A DNA stretch of 35,194 nucleotides, taken from the NCBI GenBank assembly GCA_010093705.1, contig MU006119.1, positions 135,002 to 170,195 of the forward strand, in the 5' to 3' direction. The DNA comes from Patellaria atrata CBS 101060. Taxonomy: Eukaryota. A program made the position numbers and the translations under genes. Under the pieces are notes generated by a model. That model saw only the letters and a program-made list of their open reading frames with translations. It was not told the DNA's origin and searched no databases. Positions 1 through 11,643 of this stretch are shown here, one piece after another (the first letter of the stretch is position 1; every line of letters starts with the position of its first letter).

Positions 1-3000
1 TAAAAGATAATTAAACTAAAATTTAATAAAATAGAACTATTATATATAAATACTTAATTTATAATATTATTATTTCTTAACTTAATCTTTATACTTAATA
101 GTTAATAATAAAGATAGTTAAAATATAATTATTATAATTATATTATATTATTATACTAGATTAAATTTTTCTTTAATAATCTTTAAAAAGATAATATAAT
201 ATTTTAATTAAAGTATAATATTAGTTTAATTAATAAATAATTATAAAATTAATTAGAAATTTATAAATAATTAAGCTTTATTAATAATAAAATATTTAAT
301 ATTTAAAAATATTAATATTAATAATAACGATAATTTAGTATTTAAAAGAAATTAAAATTAATAAATATAAATTATTTAAAAAAGTAAATATTATAGTAAA
401 TTAAATAAAATAATTAAATCTTTAATAATTTTAATAAAGTAAATAAATAATAAATTAACTATAAATTTAAAAGTAAAAAGTAATATTAAATTAAAAGAAA
501 AAATATATTAATATAAATTAATATTAAAAGTAATTAATTAATAAATTATTAATAATATTTTAGAAATAAATTTATAAAATTTATTAAAAAAAATTTCTAA
601 AATAATAAAAAAAGAAAAATCTCTTAAATATATTATTATTATAAATAATTGAAATAATAATATAATTAATAAAATAAAAGAATAAATAGTTAAAAGTTTA
701 AATTAATTTATAATAAAATATTTTTATATAAAAGTAAAATTTATAATTTAAAAAATATAATTTAAAAAAATAGTAAATTTTATTAATAAAATAATATTTA
801 ATTTATAATTAAAGCTATAAATATATTAAATAAATAAAAAAGCTATAAAATATTTTTAAAATAAAATTAATATTTTAAAAAGATAAATTAAATAATTTAA
901 ATTAAATTAAAAAAGTATTTAATTTAATAATAAATTTAATAATAAAGAATTATTAATATTATATAATTATAATAATTAAGTTAAAATAATTAATTTAACT
1001 AAAAGATTTAAAAGTAAAGATAATAATAAAATAAAGAAATTTCTTAATTTATTAAAATTAATTAATAATAAGAAATTAATTTATAAAAAATAAAAAGTAA
1101 AATAAATAATAAACTTTATATTAATAATAATTAATTTTAAAATAAAAAAGTAAAAACTATTTATATTAAAATATAAATTAATAATAAAATAATTAAATAT
1201 ATATATATTTTTTTTAAAATTAAAAAAGAATAATATAATTTTAATAAAATTAATAAAATTTTTAAACTAAATTTATAAAAATTTAAATAAATAATTAAAA
1301 GTTAAAAATAAATTAAAAAAGTTAAAATAAAATTATTTAATAGATTTTCTAAAATTTTAATTTATATTTATTTAGTTAATTAATAAAGTTAAATTATTAT
1401 ATAATTAATAGAAAAAGAGACTTTATAATAAATTTTATAATAATTTAAGATTAATAATAATAAAAACTATAAATAATAATAAAATTAGCTTTTAAAAGTA
1501 TTATAATAAAGTTATAATATAAATATAAAAGTTAAAAAGATTAAATAAAACTAATAAAATTTATAAAAAAAATTAAAAATATAATAAATTAATTAAAATA
1601 ACTTTTATTTTAATAATAATAAAAAAATTTTATATTAATTAAAAAGTAAAGAAACTATTTTATCTATAATATTATAAATAATAAAGTAAATTATAATTAT
1701 TTAAAAATTTATAGATAATTATTTTAATTATAATAAAATTAGATATAAAGTATTAAAATACTAGAAATTAAAGAAAATAATTAAAGTAAAGTTAATTTAA
1801 AAAGATAAATATTAAAGTTTAAAGTTTAATTTAAAGTTAAATTTAAAAAATAAGAAACTTTAAATAAAAACTTTATATTAAAATTAATAATAGAAATATT
1901 AATAATATTAATTAATAATTTAATATTAAAAAAGCTATTTATAATATTATATTAAATTTTAAAGAATAAAATTATAATATAACTTAAAACTTTAATTAAT
2001 ATTAAAGTTTAAAAGTATATTTTATTAAATAAAAGATAATTATTTACTCTAAAATAATATCTTAAAATCGAAATTAGAAAAATAGATTAAAAAATTAAAA
2101 TTAATATCTTTAATAATTTAAAGATAATATTAATTAATTAAATATTTAAGATAAACTTTATAATTAAAGAATAAAAATAGTTAATATTAATTATAATAAT
2201 AAATATAAATTATAATAATATATTTATAAATAAAAAGTAATTTTTTAAAACTAATAATTTATTTAATTATAAATATTATTAAATTATTTAGTTAAAATAA
2301 ACTATTATAATTAAAAACTAATAATAAAATATTATAATTTTAAAGAATAAGCTATAAATTTAAATAAATTTATAATATTAATTTAATATAAAATAATAAA
2401 ATAAAATTATTAATAAATAAAAATATAATTAATAAAAAATATTAATTAATTAAAGAAAAAAATTATAATTATTTTAATAAAAATAATTAAGTTTATAAAC
2501 TAAAAATATTAACTTTAATCTTTAAAAGATAAAATTAAAACTATTAAATTTAATAAAAAGAGAAATATTAAAACTCTTTAAAAAATTAAAATTAAAATTA
2601 AATAAATAGATTAATATTATTAGAATTTATATAAATATTTACTTAATTAATAGAGAAAATTATCTAAAAAATATAAAATATAAAGATATTATTATAAATA
2701 TTATAAGTTTATATAAAATTAACTTTTTAATATAAAATTAACTTTTAAAAGATAAAAATCTTTTAAATAAAAATAAAAATATTTATAAAATAATAACTTA
2801 TAAAAAATTATTTAAAAAATATTATTATTTAATTTATATATTCTCGAAATTTATATTTAATAAGTTACTATTATTTAAAAAAGATATAGATTATAATATA
2901 ATATTAAATTAAAATAATAATTTTATTATTAACTTTTTATATAATATATTTATCGAATATTTATAGCTAATAAAGAATTATTTAAAGAAATATTTTTAAA

Positions 3001-3247
3001 AGAGATTTATTATTTCGAATAAAATATTATATATATTTTTAGTATTATTTATTAAAAAGTTAAAAGGAGATTAAAGATTTTATATTAATTATAAAAAACT
3101 AAATAATATTATTAAAAAGAATAAATATCTATTATTTTTAATTAAAGAAATATTAATATATTTTCGATAAATAAAGATATTTATAAAATTTAATATAAAA
3201 TAAATATTCTATTAAATTTAAATAAAAAAGTTAATTAAAAATCTTAT

Positions 3248-3445
3248 TATAACGGTGTAGCGGTTATAGAGAATCGAATTAGATTATAACTAGTATAACT
3301 TAACTATAATATAAAGAGATTAAGTTAAGGAAAGAAGAAATTATAATTATATAATCTATTAATATTAAGTATATAATAGTAGAATCTCGGCGCGACTACT
3401 ACTAATAAGGGAAAATAGGAAATAATAATCTATAATATTATTATA
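3248..3445. mobile_element. 198-bp solo LTR of an unrelated LTR-retrotransposon family inserted in the RT of E
   Basis: Ends are tataacgg...ttattata, i.e. RIP-mutated TGTAACGG...CCGTTACA inverted termini. TSD CTTAT at 3243-3247 and 3446-3450. It keeps more G/C (cggtgtagcgg, ctcggcgcgac) than its flanks. Confidence 0.85.
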
Positions 3446-3655
3446 CTTATTATCTTTTAAATAAAATATAAATTATTTAAATATAAAATATTATCTTTTA
3501 AATTATATAATAGTTTAATCTTATTTTAATAATTTATTAATAAGATATTTTTTTAATATTTTAATAATTTTTATATAATATATATTAATAATATATTAAT
3601 TTACTTTAAATATTTATTAAAATATTAAATCTATATCACGAAAATACTAAAAATA

Positions 3656-4283
3656 TATTATAATAAAAGTTTATATTTATTAAAATAAAATTAGATAAAT
3701 TTAAAAATATATTTAACTTTTTATTTAATATAGTTAACTATAAAGATAAATTTAATAAAATAATAAAATATATATAATAAAGATATTTTAAGTTAATAAT
3801 ATAATTTATTAACTTTTTAATTTTAGATAACACTTATAATAAGATAAGATATATTATATAAAAATAATATAATAAATAAAGTTAAATTTAAAACTATAAT
3901 ATTTAACTTTATAAATAAGATTAATAGTAAAAATAATTATAAAGAATTTAAATATATAAAAAAAAGATTATTTTTAAATATTTTTATTTTTTATAATTAA
4001 TTTAATTATTTATATTTTAATTATTTTAATTATTTAATTATTTAATTATTTCTTTTATAATTAAAATATTTATATATTTAAATATTTAAACTATATAATA
4101 TTTTTTAATTATTTTAATTATTTAGTTATTTAATTATTTTTTTTATAATTAAAATATTTATATATTTAAATATTTAAATTATATAATTTATTATTATTTA
4201 TTTTATTTATAATTCTTTTAAATAGTTTTCCTTTTTTCCTTTTATTTATTATTTATATATTTCTATAACTTATAACTATAATA
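3656..4283 (-). mobile_element. 628-bp solo LTR of the A/B/C Gypsy family inserted in the RT of E
   Basis: Colinear with LTRs 4952-5534 and 10919-11528 over the first ~350 bp and last ~100 bp. TSD aaata (3651-3655) / aagta (4284-4288) differs only by a G>A change. Confidence 0.9.
4015..4186. repeat. Two-copy ~88-bp tandem repeat in the U3 region of the solo LTR
   Basis: ttttataattaaaatatttatatatttaaatatttaaa occurs at 4053 and 4141 (period 88). Confidence 0.8.
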
Positions 4284-4918
4284 AAGTATTAATTAAGGCT
4301 AATTTATAAATTAATATTAAAAAAAATAAATTCTATATAATAAAGATAAAATTTTTTAACTTAATTATTAATATTAATAGAATAATAATAAATTTAAAAA
4401 AGATTAAAATAATTTAAAATTAGAAATTACTAATAAATATAAAAAGAATCTTATTATTTAATAAATTTTATAACTTTTATTAAAAGTTTCTAAAGAAATT
4501 TAGATAAATTATATAACTATTAATAATATAAATATAAAAAGAGGTTTAGAAATTATTTAAATAAAAAGAAAAAAAAATATTTAAGAAAATAAAAAAGTTA
4601 ATTCTATTAAATTAAATATTAATATATTATAACTTTTTATTTAAGATAAAAATTAAGTTTAATTATAATAATTAAATTATTATAATAATTATATTATAAT
4701 TTTATAAATATATTTAAAAGTTAATTATCTTCTAGACTAAAATATTATTAGAAATAAAATTAAAATATAAAATCTATAATAAGAAAATATTAATTATAAT
4801 AAAAGTATTAATTAAATAGAGAAATATATTAATAAAATTATAGTAAATTCCCTTTACTATAATTATTAATTATAAAATATTAAAATATTTTACTATAAAA
4901 TAATTATTTAATACTAAA

Positions 4919-4951
4919 TATTATATTTAATTAAGTATTTAATTAAATATA
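4919..4951 (+). repeat. Copia D 5' LTR, first 33 bp
   Basis: tattatatttaattaagtatttaattaaatata matches 34691-34723. Confidence 0.8.
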
Positions 4952-5534
4952 TATTATAATAAAAGTCTATATTTATTAAAATAGAATTAAATAAATTTAA
5001 AAATATATTTAACTTCTTATTTAATATAGTTAATTATAAAGATAAGTTTAATAAAGTAATAAAATATATATAATAAAAATATTTTAAGTTAATAATATAA
5101 CTTACTAACTTTTTAACTTTAAATAATACTTATAATAAGATAAAATATATTATATAAAAATAATATAATAAATTAAATTAAATTTAAAACTATAATATTT
5201 AAATTTATAAATAAAATTAATAGTAAAAATAATTATAAAAAATTTAAATATATAAAGAAAAAATTATTTTTAAATATTTTTATTCTTTATAATTAATTTA
5301 ATATATTTATATTTTAGTTATTCTAATTATTAATTATTTATAACGATTAATATAATTAGTAATTATTATCTAATTATTTTAATTATTAATTATTTCTAAT
5401 AATTAACGCGATTAATAATTATTATTTAATTATATAATTCTTTATTATTTATTTTATCTATAATTTTTTTAAATAATATTTCTTTCTTCCTCTTATTTAT
5501 TATTTATATATTTTTATAATTTATAGTTATAATA
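4952..5534 (-). repeat. 3' LTR of element B (583 bp)
   Basis: Termini tattataat...gttataata (RIP form of TGTTAC...GTAACA), followed by the complement of the polypurine tract (ttattctcttttttcttaact). Confidence 0.9.
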
Positions 5535-5650
5535 TTATTCTCTTTTTTCTTAACTTTTATCTTAAAAGTTTATTTTTTTTACTTAAGTATAAAATAAATA
5601 TATTATTTATTTATTAAATTATATATATCTTTTTTTTCTTTTTTTTTAAG

Positions 5651-6198
5651 ATATTAAAAACTAAATCTTATTTAATCTATTATTAATATTATATTATTTA
5701 TATTACTTTATATAATTATCTTATATTAACTTTTTATTTTATTTATTATTATTCTTTTTATTTTTATATTATTAATATTCTCTTTAATTTTTATTTTAAA
5801 TATTTTATTTATAATATAAAATATAATCTTATAATATTATAAAAAAATTAAGATAAACTTAATATTTTAAGAGTTAAACTTTATTATTAACTTATTTAAA
5901 CTTACTCTATTAATAATAAGGCGTTTATTTAAAAGAAATAATTAATATAATAACTTTATTTTTTTAATTAAAAAGAGATTAAAATATTTTATTATAAATT
6001 AAATTTTATTAAAAAGTTAAAAACTTTAAAATAAATAATTAAAGAATAATAAACTTTCTTAATTATTTCTTTTTTTTTATTATTATATCTTCTTCTAGTT
6101 AATTTAGTTTAAATTTCTTTATTTTTAAAAGTTTAAAATTTTCTAATTTTAATAATAAAACTATTTAAATTTTTAATTATAATTTATTAAATATTTAA
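5651..6198 (+). pseudogene. Antisense ORF relic of element B: Zn2Cys6-like cluster plus coiled coil (divergent variant)
   Basis: Aligns codon by codon with 11644-12213. Six Cys-compatible tat codons keep the x2/x6/x8/x2/x6 spacing. There is an in-frame 7-codon indel in the coiled coil and a 1-nt loss in a T-run near 6070-6078. Confidence 0.7.
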
Positions 6199-6440
6199 AT
6201 AATTTCTATATATTATTTATATATTTATAGTCTTTTTATTTTATTAAATACTTATATTAATTATTTATTTATTATAGATTTAAAATTTATTTTATTTTAT
6301 AAATATCTTCTTTTTTAAATTTTATAGATTATATTTAAAGTTTAATATTAGTATATACTAATTCTAGAAATAATATATAAAAAACTAAATATATCTTTAT
6401 TTTTTATAATAATTTTAATTTATAATTAACTTTTTCTTTA

Positions 6441-6491
6441 ATATAATCTATAAGCGAGTAGTATATATAAATAAATAATATATTTTTCCAT
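6441..6491. repeat. Left TIR of element F
   Basis: Reverse complement of 8252-8302 apart from transition differences. Confidence 0.85.
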
Positions 6492-6538
6492 TTTATTATA
6501 ATCTTTAAACTTAATTATATAGTTATAACTCGAGAAAA

Positions 6539-8203
6539 TTAATTATATTTAATTAAACTTTCTTCTTTAAATATTTCTTTATTCTTTTAATAAGTTTATA
6601 TATTATATTTAATCTTTCTATATCTTCTATAATATTATAAATATAATAATTCTTTCTTTACTAAATCTCTTTTCTTTAACTTTTTACTCGATTATCGCCT
6701 AATAATCTTTTTCTAAATAATTAATTCTTATATATCTTATATATTAAATACTTCTTCTATTTATATATATATTTTTTTAGCTTATCGTCGCTTTATAAGT
6801 ATCTTATTAGCCTTTCGAAGCGTTTAGACCTTATTATATATAAATATTATTTTATAAGTAATAAACTTTATACTCTTTATTAATTATTTAATAGTTAAGA
6901 AAATAGTATTTAAAGAACTTCCTTAATATTAAATTATCTAATTCTTAATATATTTAGACTACGAAATAGCTTTTTTAAAGTTATTTAATATCTAAAAAAC
7001 TTATAAATCGGTAGCGGGAAGAAAAAATCTAGTTAATATTAATATTTATAACTTTATATTAAGCTTTAAAATAATAGCTTAAAGATTATAAAGAACTAGG
7101 CTAATATTAAAGAAACTCGCTTAAATATTTTTAATCGTTATAATATTAATATAGATATTTTTAAATATAATAAAGAATTTAATTTTAGTGATATAGTTAA
7201 TATAAACTTTAATAAAGACTTTAAGTTCCCGGCTATATATTCGTTTTAATACGCTAAAATATCTAATATTTAAAGATTAGATAAGATGCGAAAAATATAT
7301 AAATAAATAAATAGTAATAATATTCTTTTCTTTATAGAATTCCTTAAACTAAACTAATAAATAACTTATATAATTATTAAGAATAATTATCTAATAAATA
7401 TTTTTTTATTAGATATTTATATATTAATGGAAATACTAAATTTAGTCTATAGCTATCTTTTTATCTATTTAGCCGTTTAGCGAGATCTTAATAACTTAAG
7501 AAAGCGGGAGACTATATTTAATATATTAAAATATAAGATAATTAACGCCTTATATAATTAAGAAAAAAGATAGTATAAAACTATTATTACTTATATACTC
7601 GATTATTATAGCTTATTCGCGATTATTAGGCTAAAGTTATTTATCTTTATTACGTCTATTAATACACGTAATAACTATATCGTTATAAATAATATCTATT
7701 ATAAAGTCTATTTTATCGAAGTTATAAAGATTAATATCTTAAATTATATATTTCGCGTATATATTAGTTATTAAATAGAATTATATATTTATCGTATTTA
7801 AATTTTTATAAAGAGCTCTTTAGAAATCGTAAATATAAGAAAAATATATTTTTAGTTTTAATTATTATTTAATAAAGTTCTCTATTTAATACTTTTTTAT
7901 ATATCCTATAACGCGTTTCACGAGAAGTAGATTAGCTATCTCTTCTATATTAACTAGCTAAGATAGAAACCCTCATGTATTTAAGTCTAAAATATATTAG
8001 ACGATTATCTCTTCTTTAGTTTCTATTAACTTTTAAGAATTAGGGCGATAGTCGCGTTTAAAAGTTTAGCCGTTTATTCTCGTATAAAAGATAGTTTTAG
8101 AGATATTATAGATTATTATAACTTTCTAATAGCTAAGTTTTTTATTACGTTAAAAAGTTTAGATAATAAGGATAATTTAATTTTTATTTAATTATATAGA
8201 TAT
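6539..8203 (-). pseudogene. pogo/Fot1 DDE transposase relic (~554 codons)
   Basis: De-RIP reading gives MSIQSNENQIILAIQ... at the start and ILDGH.SHLSAQFEEFCKEKNIITICLPAHSSHLTQPLDVGCFSVLKRMYSRELE (~7385-7220). The C-terminus ...ARTCQKDEEMSEEES is in the same frame as the start. Confidence 0.88.
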
Positions 8204-8251
8204 TATTAGTTATAGAGAAATATATTATTATAGAAGAAAAAGTTATAATAT

Positions 8252-8302
8252 ATAAAAAAGTATATTATTTATTTATATATATTACTCGTTTATAGATTAT
8301 AT
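8252..8302. repeat. Right TIR of element F
   Basis: ...tattatttatttatatatattactcgtttatagattatat, an inverted copy of 6441-6491. Confidence 0.85.
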
Positions 8303-10918
8303 TAATTTATTTAATTTTAAAAGAGTTAATTTTTTTATAATTTAATTTTTTATTAAATCGTTTTATTTTAAAATTTTTCTATAATAAATAAACTTTATTC
8401 TTTTTTTTAAAGATTAATTTTAATAATTTATATTAATTATTATATTTTATAGTTTTTATTATTTAAAAAGCTATATTTTATAATAATTATATATATAATT
8501 CTTTAATTTATTTAACTTTTAATATTACTTCTTATAAAATATTTTAAATTATTCTCGATTTATAATATACTTTTAATTTAAAATTATAGTTTATATAAAA
8601 GAGTAAAATCTTTATAATATTAAATTTTATATTATTATATATAAATTATACTATTAATAGTAACTTTATTTAATTATTTTATTAATAATTTATATAATTA
8701 TATAAATATTATTTTAAAGATTAATTTATTCTTTTAATTTAATTATTTATTTATAAATAAAAGTTTATTAATAATTTATAATTTATCTTTAAACTTTATA
8801 TTAAAATTTATTAAAATATTAATTTAAATAATTTATCTTTATTTAAAATAATCTTTTTTAATATTTAATAATTTATTAATATTATTTTTATTATTAATAT
8901 TCTTATTTATAATATTATTATTATCGTCTTTATTAATATAAAATAAATAAACTTTATTAATTATTTTATAATAATTAATATTATATTATATTCTACTTTT
9001 ATTATTAAATCTTTAAATTTTAATAAATTTATAATAAAGTTTATTATTATTAAGTTTTATACTTATTTTAATAATTTAATATATTATATTTATCTATAAA
9101 ATATATATTTTATACTCTTATTTTATATATAATTATTATATTTTAAGATAATTTATTTTATTATACTTTTTATTTTTAAAAAATAGTAATTTCTTAAAAT
9201 TCTTTTTAAGATTTTATTAATATTTTAATAACTATATATTAATACTTTATAAATCTCTTTAATAAGAATCTTTTATAATATTATTAATATATATATAAAT
9301 TTATTATATAATTATATTTTTTAAAATATTTATATTATTTTAAAATTATTATTTTTTTTAAAACTTCTTTATTATATTATTTTTCTAATAAATATTATAA
9401 ATTTATTATTTTTTTATAAATTCAATTATTAGTATTATAGTTAATCTTAATTAATTATAGATAATCGCGTTATTTTCTTTTTTTAATATTATATTATATA
9501 CTAATTTTATTTTTTTTAAATAATTAAATTTTCTATTTATAATATTATTTAATTTATTTTTAATTTCTAGTTTATAAAAGATTTTAAAATTAAAGAATAT
9601 AAATATTTTTATCTATTTTATTTATCTTTAATTTAATTTCTTTATTATAAAAAAATTTATTAAGTTTTAATAATTTAATTAAACTTTTATAATATATTTA
9701 AATTCTTTAAAATATAACTTTTACTATTTAAATATATTAATAATTATTAATGATTCTTTATTATTTATATTATAATTTAACTTTATAATTATAAACTTTT
9801 ATAAATAAAAAATTATTAAATATAATTATTTTTTCTTATTTAATTAATTTATATATATATTTAATATATAATTAAATATATTAGTTTTTAATATTATTAA
9901 TTTCTTTAAATTAAATATAATTAAAATAAATATTATAATAAACTTTTTCTTAAATTTATTAAATACTTTTTATATTTTTTTTATTTAAATAAAGATATTT
10001 TCCTTCTTTATTAATTTTAATAATAGTATTATTACTTTTAAATACTTTTAAATAAATTTTCTATAATAGTTTATAAAATTTAAAAATAATTATATATTCT
10101 TTATATTCTTTAATATTAGTTAATTTTTAATTATAATTATCTTTTTTAAATTTATTTATATTTTTTTAATAATAATAATAAAGTTTAGAAATTTCGTTTT
10201 TTTAATATAAAATTTATATTTATTTAAATATATTAAAAGTCTCTTTTCTTATAATTTTATTAATATTTTCTTTATATATTTTCTATATTTTTTAAACGTT
10301 TTATTTATATATATTAGTATATTATCTAAATAAATAATTATAAATATATTTAAATATTCTTTTAATATATAATTAATTATTACTTAAAATATTATTATAA
10401 TATTAATTAAATTAAATAATATTATTATATATTTATATAATCTAAATTTTATTCTTATAATTATTTTCTATTTTTTATCTTCTTTTATTCTAATTTAATA
10501 TTAATTATTTTAAATATTAAATTTTATAAATTATTTTACTTTTTATAATTTATCTTAAATTTTTAAGATTAAAGATAATAAATATTTATTTTTAATTATA
10601 ATATTATTTAACTATTTATAATTAATATATAATTTTAACTTATTATTTTTCTTTAATATAAATAAAATTAATAAAATTATTAAATTTTTATTAAATTATA
10701 TATATCTTTTTTTTAAATTAATATAAATATATTCTTTAAATATTTTATATTATTTTTTTATTAATAAATAAATTAAATTAAATTATAATTTTATATTTTT
10801 TTTTAATATTATTTTATAATTTTATATTTAATAATTTAGAAATATAATTATTATATCTTTTTTAAATAAATCTTTAAACTTATTATATTCTTTAAATATA
10901 TTAGATTTTTTAAAAATC

Positions 10919-11528
10919 TATTATAACGGGAGTCTATACTTATTAAGACGGAACTAGATAAATCTAGAAACACGTCTAGCTTCTCACTTAACGTGGTTAA
11001 CTATAAAGATAGGTTTAGTAAAGTGATAGGATATATATAATAAAGGCATTTTAAGTTATCGATATAACTTACTAACTCCTTAACTTTCGGTAATACTTAT
11101 AATAAGATAAGACGTACTATATAGAAATAATATAATAAGTGAAGTTAAGTTTAAAACTATAATATCTAAATTTATAGATAAGATTAATAATAAGAATAAC
11201 TATAAAAAATCTAAATATATAAGAGAAAGACCGTTCTTAAATATTCCTATCCTCTATAGTTAATTTAGTATACCTATACCTTTTTAGATATAGTGGCCGT
11301 TTTAAATATAGATCTCCTTCTACGTCCTTTACGTCTATTACGTCTATAACCTAGACGTCCTAAATATAATGGACGTGGATCCCCTCTTACGTTCTTTATA
11401 TCTATTACGTCTATAGTTTCTAATCACGTGACCCCTTATTACTAGTTTTATCCGTAGTTCTCCCGAGTGGTGTTCCTACTTTCCCCTTACTTATTATCTA
11501 TATATTTCTATAACTTATAGTCGTAATA
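10919..11528 (-). repeat. 3' LTR of element A (610 bp)
   Basis: Direct repeat of 17741-18350, with termini tattataacggg...gtcgtaata. Confidence 0.95.
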
Positions 11529-11545
11529 CTATCCTCCTTTTTCTT
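11529..11545 (-). other. Polypurine tract of element A
   Basis: ctatcctcctttttctt = aagaaaaaggaggatag on the minus strand, abutting the 3' LTR. Confidence 0.8.
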
Positions 11546-11643
11546 AACTCTTATTTTAAGAGTTTATTCCTTTTACTTAAGTATAAAGTAGCCGTATTAC
11601 CTATCTATTAAGTCGTACGCACCTCTTTTTCCTTTCTTCTAAG

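Larger units (their letters stand above)
1..4918 (+). mobile_element. Element E, left part: heavily RIP-mutated Ty3/Gypsy LTR retrotransposon, the outermost and oldest layer; 5' end lies outside the window or is unrecognisable
   Basis: De-RIP reading gives protease LIDTGA (tta att aat att aaa gtt, ~1992-2010). RT motifs follow: SPVLFVKK..WRFCIDYRKLN (~3035-3105), TFRTKYGLFEYKVLPFGLCNGPASFQ (~3450-3530) and AYIDDILIY (~3578-3604). RNase H reads YEIYDKEMLAII (~4766-4801) and TDHKALEYF (~4865-4892). The stretch 1-1900 is presumed gag but could not be read with confidence. Confidence 0.85.
1930..4918 (+). pseudogene. pol: pol relic of element E (protease-RT-RNase H), interrupted by two solo LTRs and by Copia D
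   Basis: Domain order PR-RT-RH is Gypsy-type. The reading frame is restored when each insert plus one TSD copy is removed, e.g. DL|TTFRTKYG across 3248-3445 and KVLEV|LIKAGLQADIKKSEF across 3656-4283. Start coordinate approximate. Confidence 0.8.
6441..8302 (-). mobile_element. Element F: 1862-bp Tc1/mariner-superfamily, Fot1/pogo-type DNA transposon (RIP-mutated)
   Basis: ~50-bp terminal inverted repeats atataatctataagcgagtagtatatataaataaataata... (RIP form of ACGTAATC...). TA duplication at 6439-6440 and 8303-8304. Host B sequence rejoins as ctttTAacctat, as seen in A at ~12451-12462. Confidence 0.93.

Noticed and set aside
1..1900. Specific gag motifs or a 5' LTR for element E
   Set aside because: The region is too saturated by RIP to read without a second copy. 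It is assigned to E only by position and its purine-rich plus strand.
3656..5534. LTRs 3656-4283 and 4952-5534 as the two ends of a small non-autonomous element
   Set aside because: Each has its own TSD partner and a different U3 cassette, and the DNA between them is RT/RNase H of element E plus the start of the Copia LTR.
11284..11416. Repeats in the LTRs as a CRISPR-like array
   Set aside because: There are only two imperfect tandem units per LTR and no unique spacers. They are U3 repeats of a eukaryotic retrotransposon.
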